Source: Candidatus Woesearchaeota archaeon (GTDB lineage: Archaea; Nanobdellota; Nanobdellia; Woesearchaeales; GW2011-AR4). From it: DNA of 31,811 nucleotides. A model generated the notes under the pieces. That model did no database searches. It worked only from the letters and a program-made list of their open reading frames with translations, and was not told the origin of the DNA. The position numbers and the translations under genes are program-made. Below are positions 9,641 to 19,576 of this stretch, one piece after another (the stretch's first letter is position 1; every line of letters begins with the position of its first letter). Location: contig JACPMS010000042.1 of NCBI GenBank assembly GCA_016185875.1, positions 1 to 31,811 of the forward strand, given 5' to 3'.

Positions 9641-10435
9641 TTATCTCTTCCTCTCTTCCTTCTTTGGGGCTTCTTTCTTTGCTTCAGCTGCCGGTGCTGC
9701 TCCTGCTGCAGGCTTTGCCTCTGCTGCTGCAGCTGCCGCGCCCTCAATTGGCAGCAATTCCTTAATCATGTCGTCTGGAATGCCTGACAGCACAAGCTTT
9801 GCCTTGATTTCCCCTCTGGCCTTGCCAGCCATTGAAGCAATAATCTCCTTGGCAATCTTCTCAAACTCTGCCTTCTTCTTCGCAAGCTCTTCTGCAAGCC
9901 TTTTCTTCTCTTCCTCAAGCTTCGCAAGCTCTTCTGCTGTAAGCTCAGTCTTTTCGAGCCTGATTTCCTCGTCAAACAATCCTGATTCAACATCCTTCAT
10001 AGTTTCCTTTGCAGGCTTGCCCTCAACCAGTATGCCCATTGACTGGCATGTTCCAATCACTTCCTTAACCTTTTCCTTTAATGACTTGCCTAATGTTGCT
10101 GTTTCCTTCATCTTGGCTATTTTGATGACCTGCTCGATAAGAATGTCAGCGACCATCTCGTGCTTTGCCTTGCCAGAGCCTTTTTCCAAATTGGCTTCTT
10201 TTTTTATCAATCCAGAGGCCGGAGGGGTTCCGATTACAATCTCGTATTGTTTTGTTTCCCTGTCTATGAAAATCTTGACAGGCACCTGCATGCCCTGAAA
10301 TGAAGATGTCTTTTTGTTAATGTCAGATACAACCTGCCCTATGTTGACACCCATTGGGCCCAATGCAGGTCCAAGCGGCGGAGCAGCAGTTGCTTTTCCG
10401 CCTTCAACCAAAACCTCAACTTTTTCCTTTGGCAT
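9641..10435 (-). CDS. rpl11: 50S ribosomal protein uL11 with ~100-aa C-terminal extension
   Basis: EGGKATAAPPLGPALGPMGVNIG, GTPPAS, GTCQSMGI. The extension is a Glu/Lys coiled coil followed by an Ala/Pro-rich tail. Confidence 0.95.
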   Translation of the reverse strand: MPKEKVEVLVEGGKATAAPPLGPALGPMGVNIGQVVSDINKKTSSFQGMQVPVKIFIDRETKQYEIVIGTPPASGLIKKEANLEKGSGKAKHEMVADILIEQVIKIAKMKETATLGKSLKEKVKEVIGTCQSMGILVEGKPAKETMKDVESGLFDEEIRLEKTELTAEELAKLEEEKKRLAEELAKKKAEFEKIAKEIIASMAGKARGEIKAKLVLSGIPDDMIKELLPIEGAAAAAAEAKPAAGAAPAAEAKKEAPKKEERKR

Positions 10436-10490
10436 TTTTTATTGGTAATTTTAATTCTAATTTATGTAACAAACCTTCATTTAAAAACCT

Positions 10491-10994
10491 TTACAAGGAT
10501 TCTTCTCCGCTTTCTTCCTCCTTGGCAGGCGTTGTGTCTGTCTCCCTTCTTACAACCTTGACTGCGTCCATCTTTACAGTCAATGGTATAGGCACCGCAG
10601 CTTCAAGAAGCTCAACAACAACTTCTTCTTTTGTCTTGTCGATTCTTGTCACTTTTGCATTTTCCCTCTTGAAAGGGCCTGATATGATTTCAACAATGTC
10701 ATTCTTTTGTATGTTCATCTCGTGCTTTACCTGCTCAAGCATGTGCTCTATCTCAGAGTATTTGACAGGATGCGCTAAAATTCCCCTTGCATAAGGAATG
10801 TTGAAGGCAGCCTGCTCTGCATCTGTTTTTGTTGCAGCCTCTATGAAAATATAACCGCGCATTCCATGGGGCCTTATTACAGAATAAACCTCAATCTTTT
10901 TCTTTATGGCATTGCTTGTAACAAAATCCATGACTTGATCTTCCCTGTTTGCAGTTGTCCTCAATGCAAATATTGTCTCGTCTTCGCGTGTCAT
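10491..10994 (-). CDS. spt5: Transcription elongation factor Spt5 (NusG)
   Basis: NGN domain (GYIFIEA) and KOW motif (VEIISGPFKRENAKV). Lies between secE and rpl11. Confidence 0.95.
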   Translation of the reverse strand: MTREDETIFALRTTANREDQVMDFVTSNAIKKKIEVYSVIRPHGMRGYIFIEAATKTDAEQAAFNIPYARGILAHPVKYSEIEHMLEQVKHEMNIQKNDIVEIISGPFKRENAKVTRIDKTKEEVVVELLEAAVPIPLTVKMDAVKVVRRETDTTPAKEEESGEESL

Positions 10995-11079
10995 TTTAGT
11001 TTACGAACTAGGTTTTTTATTTTGAATAAAAATTTAAGATATATAATACTTTGGATTTTTTACCTGTTTATAAATCTTG

Positions 11080-11274
11080 TTAAAAAAACAGCAGCTTAAT
11101 CATCTGCACGACAAACCCAATCAACCCGATTATCAAGATTCCCAAGCCGCTCACCTTGACTATTGTCCTGAACTCAATCGCATCCGGCTTTTTCGTGACT
11201 TTCAAAACCCTCACTGATTCCTGGAAAAAGGACTTTATTTTGTACTGCCATGATGTGGTATTTTGCTCTTCCAT
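11080..11274 (-). CDS. secE: Protein translocase subunit SecE (Sec61 gamma)
   Basis: RVLKVTKKPDAIEF followed by one transmembrane helix. Conserved ftsZ-secE-spt5-rpl11 order. Confidence 0.9.
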   Translation of the reverse strand: MEEQNTTSWQYKIKSFFQESVRVLKVTKKPDAIEFRTIVKVSGLGILIIGLIGFVVQMIKLLFF

Positions 11275-11362
11275 TTTAAATATAGGTTTTGCTTAATTTT
11301 TTGGATTATTTTTTATTGCTTTGGTTGTTATTGAAATATTCAGAAATCTTTTATAAATTTAT

Positions 11363-12511
11363 CTAATCCAAAAACTCAATTCCAAGGTGCTGCTCAATCT
11401 CCTTTTTTTTCTTGTCAGCTGTTTTCTTTGTGGAGCCGAATATCTGGGAAGATTTCACCCCAGTTACTATGAGCATTGTCCTTATCGTCTTGTCCATGTC
11501 CTTGTAGATTTGAGCGCCCCAGATGACTCTTGCGTCTTCATCAAGCTTTTCTGTAATTGTCTCAACAACTTTTCTTGCTTCATCAAGCGTCATGTCTTCC
11601 CCGCCAATGACATTAATCAAAGCCCCGTTAGCGCCTGAAATGTCGACATCAAGCAATGGGTTGTTTATAGCTTTCTCGACAGCTTCTATTGCCCTGTTTT
11701 CAGTGTCGCTTTCTCCAACACCAATTAAAGCCACTCCACCGCCTTTCATAACAGCCCTTATGTCTGCAAAATCAAGATTTACCAAGCCAGCTTTTGTCAC
11801 AAGCTCTGCAATGCCTTTGACTGCATTAGTCAATATTTCATCAGCAACCTTGAAAGCAGTGTGCAATGGAAGTTCCGGAGCTAACTCAAGCAATTTATCA
11901 TTGGGAATCACAATCAAGGTGTCTGCAACCTGCTCCATTTTTTCCAAGCCAACGACTGCATTTTCATACCTTCTGTGGCCCTCCATTGAAAAGGGCATTG
12001 TTACAACTCCAACTGTCAAAGCGCCAAGCTTTTTGGCTACCTCAGCAACAACTGGAGCAGAACCTGTTCCTGTCCCTCCGCCTAAGCCGCATGTGACAAA
12101 TACCATGTCACAGCCCTGAAGGGCCTTTTTGATGTCTGTTTCATTTTCACGGGCTGCCTCTTCTCCAAGCCTTGGCTCTGAGCCAGCTCCAAGCCCTTTT
12201 GTGAGCTCCCTTCCTATCAGGATTTTCTTATTTGCTGTTGTGTACAGCAAGTCCTGGGCATCTGTGTTGACAGCTATTGTCTCTGCACCTACAATTCCAA
12301 CTTCGCTCATTCTGTTGATTGTGTTGTTGCCCCCTCCGCCGCAGCCAACAACCTTTATCGTAGCCCTTTGCCTTGCCAGCAACTGCTCGAGCTCTGCATC
12401 TATGTTTTGCACTTCCTTATCCCGGGGAAGTTGCCTATTATCAATAGAAAGAAGTTTAGGATTATCGTTATGCAATTCAGCTTCCATTGCCTGCTCAATT
12501 ATAGTGGACAC
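11363..12511 (-). CDS. ftsZ: Cell division protein FtsZ (FtsZ1 type by context)
   Basis: [25 protein letters not shown] tubulin signature, NLDFAD. Confidence 0.97.
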   Translation of the reverse strand: MSTIIEQAMEAELHNDNPKLLSIDNRQLPRDKEVQNIDAELEQLLARQRATIKVVGCGGGGNNTINRMSEVGIVGAETIAVNTDAQDLLYTTANKKILIGRELTKGLGAGSEPRLGEEAARENETDIKKALQGCDMVFVTCGLGGGTGTGSAPVVAEVAKKLGALTVGVVTMPFSMEGHRRYENAVVGLEKMEQVADTLIVIPNDKLLELAPELPLHTAFKVADEILTNAVKGIAELVTKAGLVNLDFADIRAVMKGGGVALIGVGESDTENRAIEAVEKAINNPLLDVDISGANGALINVIGGEDMTLDEARKVVETITEKLDEDARVIWGAQIYKDMDKTIRTMLIVTGVKSSQIFGSTKKTADKKKKEIEQHLGIEFLD

Positions 12512-12571
12512 AAACTCACCCTTTTATTATCCTTGTTATTATTGCGGAATGGTTTATACTACTATTTAAAT

Positions 12572-13240
12572 TTATTTGTTTTTCTCTTGCGGAATAGTAA
12601 AATCCACTTTTTTTATGCTCGGTATTGAAATCTCGACAATTTTCTTGAACTCTTCCTGTGCCTGACTGGGTATGGTTTCTTTTAGCCTTATTTCTGCTGA
12701 TTCGTCTTTTAACTCTATTTCGGCGTTTTTAATGTGCAAATGCAATTTTAACAGCGAATTCAATTTTTCTTTTGCATCGTCAACAATCCTGTTTATTTTT
12801 ACATCATAGACAATGTCCTTGCCTGCCAAAGGATGGTTGAAGTCTACAAGGCATCTTCCTCCGCTGACAATCTTGACAACGCCAAAAACGCCGTCGATGT
12901 TTAATTGCAAGCCAGGAACCGGCTGTATGTTCTGCTGCCTGAATTTGTTTGTTGGAATAAGCTGTATAAGTTTTGCATTTCTTTTTCCAAAGGCATTCTC
13001 AGAGCTTATCTCAAATGTGTATTCCTTTTCAGTCTCCTTCCCAAGCATCTGCTCGTCAAGAGCCTTTAAAATATTGGCTTCGCCAATGCAGATGACAACA
13101 GGCTCGTAATCTGAGCTCTTGTCATACAATTTGTTATCCTTTGCAATTTTCTCATAAGTTGTGTCAAATACTGCGCTGTCTTCCCTGAGCCTTCCTGTAT
13201 ATTCTATTTCCACAAAATCGTGGTTTTTTATTATTGACAT
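12572..13240 (-). CDS. FKBP-type peptidyl-prolyl cis-trans isomerase (long archaeal/SlyD-like)
   Basis: FVEIEYTGR, VFDTT, AFGKR, VDFNHPLAGK. Likely start is ATG 13240 (the ORF track extends it to 13276). Confidence 0.9.
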   Translation of the reverse strand: MSIIKNHDFVEIEYTGRLREDSAVFDTTYEKIAKDNKLYDKSSDYEPVVICIGEANILKALDEQMLGKETEKEYTFEISSENAFGKRNAKLIQLIPTNKFRQQNIQPVPGLQLNIDGVFGVVKIVSGGRCLVDFNHPLAGKDIVYDVKINRIVDDAKEKLNSLLKLHLHIKNAEIELKDESAEIRLKETIPSQAQEEFKKIVEISIPSIKKVDFTIPQEKNK

Positions 13241-13277
13241 ATTGGTAGAAAAATAGTTAGTGGGACAAAGCAACAAT

Positions 13278-13826
13278 TTATAAAGATTTCTGCTTGGTTT
13301 TCACAAACTTTACTATCTTCTCAACAACTTGATTAGGATTTAGTTTTGTCGTGTCAATCACATAATTATACAATTTCTTGTCCAGATAATTCACCCCATA
13401 ATACTTTTTGTACCTTTTCTTCTCGCTTTCCTCCCTTTTTTTGATGTTTGCTGCTGTTTCTTTCAGGCTTTTGCTTTTTTCCTGCTGCCTCCTGTCCTTC
13501 AGGATTCTTTCTGCCCTCACTTTGTCGTCAGCGCTGAGAAAAACCCTTACATCTGCATTTGGGATGAAAAAAGCAGTCAGCCTTCCGTCAACCACAAAAT
13601 TGTCCTTGGTTTTTCCCATTTCTTTCAGCTTGTTGTCCAGCTCAAAATCTATTGACTTGTCCTTTTCAGCCAGTTTGTTAAGCTCAAGCAGAGCCATTCC
13701 CTTTTCTGCTGCCATTGCCCGCATCAAGTCTCCTATAGAATAATGCCTTAGCTTAAGCTTTTCAGACAGCAATCTTGCAATAGTGCTTTTTCCTGAGCCT
13801 GCCTTTCCAGAGATTGTTATTATCAT
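13278..13826 (-). CDS. cmk: Cytidylate kinase, archaeal type
   Basis: MIITISGKAGSGKST P-loop, VVDGRL, RYKKYYG, VIDTT. Confidence 0.9.
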   Translation of the reverse strand: MIITISGKAGSGKSTIARLLSEKLKLRHYSIGDLMRAMAAEKGMALLELNKLAEKDKSIDFELDNKLKEMGKTKDNFVVDGRLTAFFIPNADVRVFLSADDKVRAERILKDRRQQEKSKSLKETAANIKKREESEKKRYKKYYGVNYLDKKLYNYVIDTTKLNPNQVVEKIVKFVKTKQKSL

Positions 13827-13927
13827 AAATTACTAATTTGGCAATTGGTTTATAATATTTTGTTTTTTTGAATGGGATTTTTAGCCAATAACAACATTTT
13901 TAAATGATAATTTTTTCTATTCCCTCT

Positions 13928-14791
13928 ATGAAGCAAACATTGCTTGATAAAGTAGGCATCTTTTTGCTGAGGAAAGGGTTTACCATAAAAAATCTGACAA
14001 GGACGTGTTTTGACGCACTTGCAAGAAAAAATGGGCAGATTCTTCTCATAAAGGTTCTTGAGGATGCAAACTCCATCAGCAGGCAGTACACAGAGGAGAT
14101 GATTGCCGTAGCATCATACATAAATGCATCGCCTTTGGTAATAGCGGAAAAAGCAGGAGGGAAACTGGAAAACAACATTGTTTACTCAAGATTTGACATT
14201 TACACTGTGAATTTCAGCACATTTTTGAGCTGCGTGAACAATAAGTTCCCTTTTATCAAGAGAAGCAAGGCTGGATTGACAGCCTCTGTTGTGGGCAGAA
14301 AGCTGAAAGAGAAAAGAGAGGAGCTTGGCTACTCCCTGAATGCACTGTCAAAAAAGCTTGGCGTGACAAGCAGGATGGTAATGAAGTATGAGAATGAAAA
14401 TTCCGAAGTGACAATCAGCAGGGCATTGAAGCTGTATGATTTGTTCGGGGAGAATGTCTTCAACGAAGTCAATGTCTTTGTGCAGCACGAGCAGCTTAAA
14501 AGCAAGTTTGAGACAGAGGTTTCAAGAAAATACGTGGAGCTAGGCTTTGACGCGACTGAAACAAAGAAAACCCCTTTTGACATCATTGCAAGGAAAGGCA
14601 ATGAATTGATTCTCACAGAGGTCAGCGACAAAGTAGACCCGCAAATGAAGTCACTGTCAATGCTGTTGGAAGCTGACAACCTGGTTATTTTCCAGAAGAA
14701 AAAGCCGAAGAACATTCCATCAATGACAAAGCAAGAGTTTTTGGATTTTGAGAAGTCAAATGAACTGGTCAGGTTTTTGAAGGAGTTTTAG
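13928..14791 (+). CDS. Archaeal HTH (Cro/C1-type) transcriptional regulator with PD-(D/E)xK-like flanking domains
   Basis: FDALARKNGQILLIKVLED, central HTH KREELGYSLNALSKKLGVTSRMVMKYE, TPFDIIAR. This family is usually found upstream of thermosome genes. TTTTAAA precedes ATG 13928. Confidence 0.8.
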   Translation: MKQTLLDKVGIFLLRKGFTIKNLTRTCFDALARKNGQILLIKVLEDANSISRQYTEEMIAVASYINASPLVIAEKAGGKLENNIVYSRFDIYTVNFSTFLSCVNNKFPFIKRSKAGLTASVVGRKLKEKREELGYSLNALSKKLGVTSRMVMKYENENSEVTISRALKLYDLFGENVFNEVNVFVQHEQLKSKFETEVSRKYVELGFDATETKKTPFDIIARKGNELILTEVSDKVDPQMKSLSMLLEADNLVIFQKKKPKNIPSMTKQEFLDFEKSNELVRFLKEF

Positions 14792-15212
14792 AATTCTGAT
14801 AAGCTGAATAAAAGACCCTCATTAATTTTAGGAATGGGTCATTTCTATTTGTAGTGTAAACACCCTCAATCATTAAAGTTCGTTTGCCTTTATGGTCAGT
14901 TTTGATAGCTCTCGGAAAAGATTCATCTAGGATATAAACACTCGCAAAATAGTGATAATCACCAAAAAACAATCTTCTGTAATTGAATTCTATACCCCTA
15001 TCAATATCACCACTATTATTTAATTTTTGTCTTATTTTATAATTTCTAGATTTAGGTATTTCATGCTCTAGATTTTCCAGAATAACTTCTGCAACACTCT
15101 CGTCTAATAAGAACTTGTATCTTCTAAGAGTTGGAGAATCTTCGTCTTTCTCACGCAGTATACCATCACTTTCTGTATTTTTTAAGATGCCATCTAACGT
15201 CAAATGTTTCAT
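14769..15212 (-). CDS. Hypothetical protein (AT-rich orphan)
   Basis: 147-aa ORF on the opposite strand between the HTH regulator and the thermosome gene. Confidence 0.55.
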   Translation of the reverse strand: MKHLTLDGILKNTESDGILREKDEDSPTLRRYKFLLDESVAEVILENLEHEIPKSRNYKIRQKLNNSGDIDRGIEFNYRRLFFGDYHYFASVYILDESFPRAIKTDHKGKRTLMIEGVYTTNRNDPFLKLMRVFYSAYQNSKTPSKT

Positions 15213-15331
15213 TAGTATAATTTAAACTCAATTATTTTTAAACCTTTCCATTCTTTACTTTTATTTAGTAACGACAAAAAAACAAAACCTTTATATAGAA
15301 CCAAATATGCACAATTTTCGGTGGTTTTATA

Positions 15332-16945
15332 ATGAATCAAGTACAGCCAATATTCATATTGCCGGAAGGCACGCAGAGAAGCGTAGGAAGAGACGCGCAA
15401 AGAACTAACATAATGGCTGCCAAGATAGTGGCAGAAACTGTCAGAACAACTCTTGGCCCAAAAGGAATGGATAAGATGATTGTTGACAGCATGGGAGATG
15501 TTACTGTTACAAATGACGGAGTTACAATTCTTGAGGAAATGCAGATTGAGCATCCTTCAGCAAAGATGATTGTTGAGGTTGCAAAAACACAGGAAGATGA
15601 GGTTGGATTGGCTGGAGAGTTATTGAAGAATGCTGAAGAGCTTCTGGATAAGGATGTGCATCCTGCAATAATCGCCAGAGGATTTAGATTGGCTGCAATC
15701 AAAGCCAATGAAATTCTGGAAAACATATCAGAGCCTGTCTCTGAAAAGGACGACAAAATGCTGAAGCAGATTGCAATGACTGCAATGACAGGCAAGGGCG
15801 CTGAAACTTCAAAAGAAAAGCTGAGCGAAATAACTGTAAAGGCTGTGAAGGATGTCATGGAAAAAGCAGGCAATGGCATAGTGATTGATAAAGATAACAT
15901 AAAGCTTGAGAAAAAAGCTGGAGGCAGGGTTGATGAAACAGAGCTTGTGCAGGGGATTGTTCTTGACAAGGAAAGGGTTCATGCAACAATGCCTAAATCC
16001 GTCAAAAATGCAAGAATCTTGCTGCTGGATTCTGCGCTTGAAATAAAAGACACTACAACAAGCGCGAAAATAAAGATAAAAAATCCAATGCAGATGCAGA
16101 CTTTTCTGGACCAGGAAGAAAAAATGCTGAAAGACATGGCTGAAAAGATTGCCAAGCTGAATGCAAATGTTGTTTTCTGCCAGAAGGGCATTGATGATGC
16201 TGTGCAGCACTATCTTGCCAAGAAGGGGATTTATGCTGCTAGGCGTGTCAAGGAGTCTGACATGAAAGCCTTGACAAAAGCTACAGGCGCATCAATAGTG
16301 TCAAATCTTGATTCTGTCAGCGAGAAAGAGCTGGGAAAAGCAGGATTAGTTGAGGAAGTTAAGATAGGAGATGACAGCATGACTTTTGTTAGGGAATGCA
16401 AAAACCCGAAGTCTGTCACTATTTTAGTAAAAGGCTCGACAAAGCATGTTGTTGACGAAATAAAAAGGGCAATGGACGATGCGATTGGGGATGTTTCTGC
16501 TGCCCTCAAAGATGGAAGGGTGGTCGCTGGAGCTGGCTCGACAGAGATAGAATTGGCGAGACAATTAAGAAAATTTTCAGAGTCATTAAGCGGAAGAGAG
16601 CAGCTTGCAGCTGATGTTTTTGCAAAAGCGATTGAAATTATACCAAAGACGCTGGCAGAGAATGCCGGCTTGGATTCAATTGATGTTTTGACCGAGTTAA
16701 GGGCTTCCCATGACAAAAAGCAGAAATGGGCCGGAATTGATGTTTTTACAGGCAAGGTTATTGATGCCTGGCACAAAGGAATCATTGAGCCGCTGAAGAT
16801 AAAGACTCAGGCTGTTAGCTCAGCTTCGGAAGTTGCAATCATGATTTTAAGAATTGATGATGTTGTGGCTGGAAGCAAGAAAGAGGCAATGCCCCAGATG
16901 CCTCCTCAAGGCATGGGAATGGGCGGAATGCCTCCGATGATGTGA
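15332..16945 (+). CDS. ths: Thermosome (group II chaperonin) subunit, lacking the GDGTTT motif as assembled
   Basis: TTLGPKGMDKM, VTNDG, EHPSAKM, FCQKGIDD, TLAENAG, ILRIDD and Gly/Met tail. Reads EDEVG-LAGELL where EVGDGTTTAVVLAGELL is expected. Confidence 0.93.
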   Translation: MNQVQPIFILPEGTQRSVGRDAQRTNIMAAKIVAETVRTTLGPKGMDKMIVDSMGDVTVTNDGVTILEEMQIEHPSAKMIVEVAKTQEDEVGLAGELLKNAEELLDKDVHPAIIARGFRLAAIKANEILENISEPVSEKDDKMLKQIAMTAMTGKGAETSKEKLSEITVKAVKDVMEKAGNGIVIDKDNIKLEKKAGGRVDETELVQGIVLDKERVHATMPKSVKNARILLLDSALEIKDTTTSAKIKIKNPMQMQTFLDQEEKMLKDMAEKIAKLNANVVFCQKGIDDAVQHYLAKKGIYAARRVKESDMKALTKATGASIVSNLDSVSEKELGKAGLVEEVKIGDDSMTFVRECKNPKSVTILVKGSTKHVVDEIKRAMDDAIGDVSAALKDGRVVAGAGSTEIELARQLRKFSESLSGREQLAADVFAKAIEIIPKTLAENAGLDSIDVLTELRASHDKKQKWAGIDVFTGKVIDAWHKGIIEPLKIKTQAVSSASEVAIMILRIDDVVAGSKKEAMPQMPPQGMGMGGMPPMM

Positions 16946-17012
16946 AAATCAGAATAGAATAACTAAAACTCATCTACGAAAAATCAATAACCAAACTAGG
17001 ATAGAAAAAAAT

Positions 17013-17315
17013 TTAATGTGCCTTTGTGGGGGAATCACGAGGAATGCAGTGAAAACCGTCATAACCTAATTGAAGGATTCCGTCGGTTTTTACTTGGTAA
17101 AAAAATTCTTGACCATTATCTTCATATCTAAGAGCCCAAATTATAGTCAATATTGTTCCTTCTTTTTCTTCCACAGGCCGCCCAGTTGTTGTAGCTCCAT
17201 TGCGTAATAACTTATTTGCTTCATCCACAGATATCGGTACTGGATCACCTTTTTTTAACTGTTCGGCTTCTTGAACCAATTCTTTTAGAGTTCGAATCTT
17301 TGTTTCTGTTGTCAT
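17013..17315 (-). CDS. Hypothetical protein (AT-rich orphan)
   Basis: Likely start is MTTETK at 17315 within the longer track ORF. No recognised motif. Confidence 0.5.
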   Translation of the reverse strand: MTTETKIRTLKELVQEAEQLKKGDPVPISVDEANKLLRNGATTTGRPVEEKEGTILTIIWALRYEDNGQEFFYQVKTDGILQLGYDGFHCIPRDSPTKAH

Positions 17316-17547
17316 ATTAATTCGCCTACTTAATAGGAAAAATCTTACTTTATTAAATTTTTCACTACAAATCAATATTTAAACAAAACATTTAAATATA
17401 ACCATTGCATTATTAACTTAAAATGGCGCATAGCAACAGATTGATTTTAGGAATTTCTGTGATTCTGCTAGTGCTGATTATTTTGGTGGAATAAATCCGC
17501 CTTTATATCTTTTAAAAAATTTCTATAAAGGTTAAAGGTGATATGAT

Positions 17548-17877
17548 ATGGCTATACAAAAAAATGATGCTGGAGGATTGGAAACAACTGTTGGAAAAGC
17601 ACAAAAGTATAGGGGAGTGCATAATGAAGTTGTGAATCTAAATGGTGGACAGTCAGTGATGTCTTTGCCAACCCCTGCAGACGATAAGAGTTTATACGTT
17701 AAAATATTTAAGGCTTACGGTATGCCACACGCATTCAAGTTCTTATTTTTAGAAGGCACTAAGGATCAAAATGGAGTTCCGTATTTGGATGCTGATTTAA
17801 AAGAAGTGTCATTAAACCGAATATATAGAATTCGGGATGGAGATACTGTCTTATATATGGATTTAGTAAGAGATTAA
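17548..17877 (+). CDS. Hypothetical protein
   Basis: 109 aa preceded by an AGGTGA Shine-Dalgarno-like site. Confidence 0.6.
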   Translation: MAIQKNDAGGLETTVGKAQKYRGVHNEVVNLNGGQSVMSLPTPADDKSLYVKIFKAYGMPHAFKFLFLEGTKDQNGVPYLDADLKEVSLNRIYRIRDGDTVLYMDLVRD

Positions 17878-17881
17878 GAAT

Positions 17882-18130
17882 ATGTCACTAGATGCAATAT
17901 CTGGAACAAAGAAGCAAAATCCTGGATATCAACTCAAACCAAATGGCAGTGAATGTCTGGAGCCAATACTTCAAAGAGCGTTAGCGGATGCACTCAAATT
18001 TAGAGAATATCAAGTAGTATTGCACAGGCTTCAAGATTTCCCTGTTGTAAATCCGTATGAAGTTATAGCTATGATGCATTTACCAACTTACTTACAAAAA
18101 TTGCAAGTCGACCTAAAACTGCAACAATGA
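17882..18130 (+). CDS. Hypothetical protein
   Basis: 82 aa, starts 4 nt after the previous stop. Confidence 0.5.
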   Translation: MSLDAISGTKKQNPGYQLKPNGSECLEPILQRALADALKFREYQVVLHRLQDFPVVNPYEVIAMMHLPTYLQKLQVDLKLQQ

Positions 18131-18347
18131 TGCTAAAAAAACGATTTTCAATTCCAATAATTTCAATCTCTTTAATCATCACTATCATCATTATTCACTA
18201 AAGTAAAGGCTGAAATTTTCTGTCCTTTACATCAAAAACAGCTTGAGACAAAACTATAAATCAATATGGAGGTAAAAAATGAAATTAACATTTGACACAT
18301 TCAATTATGAAGACAAAATGGAAGAATTCAAAGAGAAATAAAAAGAG

Positions 18348-18818
18348 GTGGTATTGATGAAGCTTAATCCAGCTGATTTAGAGATACGTGTTAATGGGAT
18401 AAGATTAATCGGTTTAGGTAGGGCATATATATCAAGAAATGGTGTGGGCAGCCATCCAATTACTCTTAATAGTAAAGCATTAGTTTTAAGGCCAGAATAT
18501 GATATTGCATCAGACCCCTCTATTATATATTTAGGGCCAACAAATGGACTTCCTGTTGATAATGGTCAACTTCATAACCTATTGACAAAGCTGCACAGCG
18601 CACCAAGACATCGAGGAGGTAATCCTCTAAAAAAAGAAGATATTCTAGTTTCATATAGGATTAGAGAAGAAGATGGAAAAATAATATTACCTAAAACTGT
18701 TGAATTCAAGGGGTTCTATTTTGAGCAAGAAGGGGCGTTATTAAGACCACATTACGGCGAACCCACATGGGGCAGTGGCAGGAAAGTCTACTCGCCATTA
18801 GTGGAATCCGCTAGATGA
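18348..18818 (+). CDS. Hypothetical protein
   Basis: 156 aa with a GAGGTG site near the start. No recognised motif. Confidence 0.6.
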   Translation: MVLMKLNPADLEIRVNGIRLIGLGRAYISRNGVGSHPITLNSKALVLRPEYDIASDPSIIYLGPTNGLPVDNGQLHNLLTKLHSAPRHRGGNPLKKEDILVSYRIREEDGKIILPKTVEFKGFYFEQEGALLRPHYGEPTWGSGRKVYSPLVESAR

Positions 18819-18933
18819 AATTGTTTGTTAGTAAGTAAATCTTTAATTTTCCGAAATCTTTATATACATTAATTCTATTTTTTAATTTATTAGGGTGGAT
18901 TAGTATACATTTCAAAAAAAGAGGTTGATAGCA

Positions 18934-19524
18934 ATGGCTGAAGAAGATTTGGTTGCGTACAAGGATATTTCTGATTTAAAGAGGGAATTGGAAGGGATGA
19001 AAGGAAGAAAAGACGTCTCTTCAAAAGAGCTTTACGACGCTGTGCAGAAATTAGCACAGACAATGACAGATATGCTCGAGGTTTTTGGCGCAGCAGCAGA
19101 GCAGATGAAACTGGAAGAGAAGGAGTACGAGTCTGAAGCGAGAAAGCATGAGATGATAATATCCAAGCTGGACAAGCTGATTGAGCAGAACAAGACTATT
19201 GCAGAGGGGATGGTTGCAATTGTCGAGATGGTAAAGGAAAGAATAGTTGCTCCTGCAAAGGAAGAGTCTTTGTTCAGGCCAAGACAAGAGCCAAGGCCTT
19301 TCATGAAGCCCCAGCAGGAATGGCAGCCAAGGCCAGAGCCGATGCAAAGAGCCCAGCCTATGATGGCTCCGCCGCAAATGGCACAGCCTCTGCCTGCGCC
19401 TGATTTTGGAATGGAGATGCCGCAAATGCAGCCGACTCCATCGCCTGATTTGGATCTTTCAGATTTGGGGCTGGAGGAGGAAGAGCCAAAGAAAAAAGGG
19501 CTTTTTGGAATGTTCAAGAAGTGA
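18934..19524 (+). CDS. Coiled-coil protein with Pro/Gln/Met-rich linker and C-terminal amphipathic helix
   Basis: GAGGT site before ATG 18934, heptad-rich N-half, ends KKKGLFGMFKK. Codon style resembles the housekeeping genes. Confidence 0.75.
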   Translation: MAEEDLVAYKDISDLKRELEGMKGRKDVSSKELYDAVQKLAQTMTDMLEVFGAAAEQMKLEEKEYESEARKHEMIISKLDKLIEQNKTIAEGMVAIVEMVKERIVAPAKEESLFRPRQEPRPFMKPQQEWQPRPEPMQRAQPMMAPPQMAQPLPAPDFGMEMPQMQPTPSPDLDLSDLGLEEEEPKKKGLFGMFKK

Positions 19525-19576
19525 GTTTTGAATCTTTCATTATAGTTAAAAATATAATAATTAAAGATTGAACAAA

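Noticed and set aside
15332-16945. Genome-wide CUG-to-Ser reassignment
   Set aside because: CTG codons occupy conserved Leu sites in the thermosome (ELLD, FLDQ, TLAEN, EPLK) and in FtsZ (QDLL).
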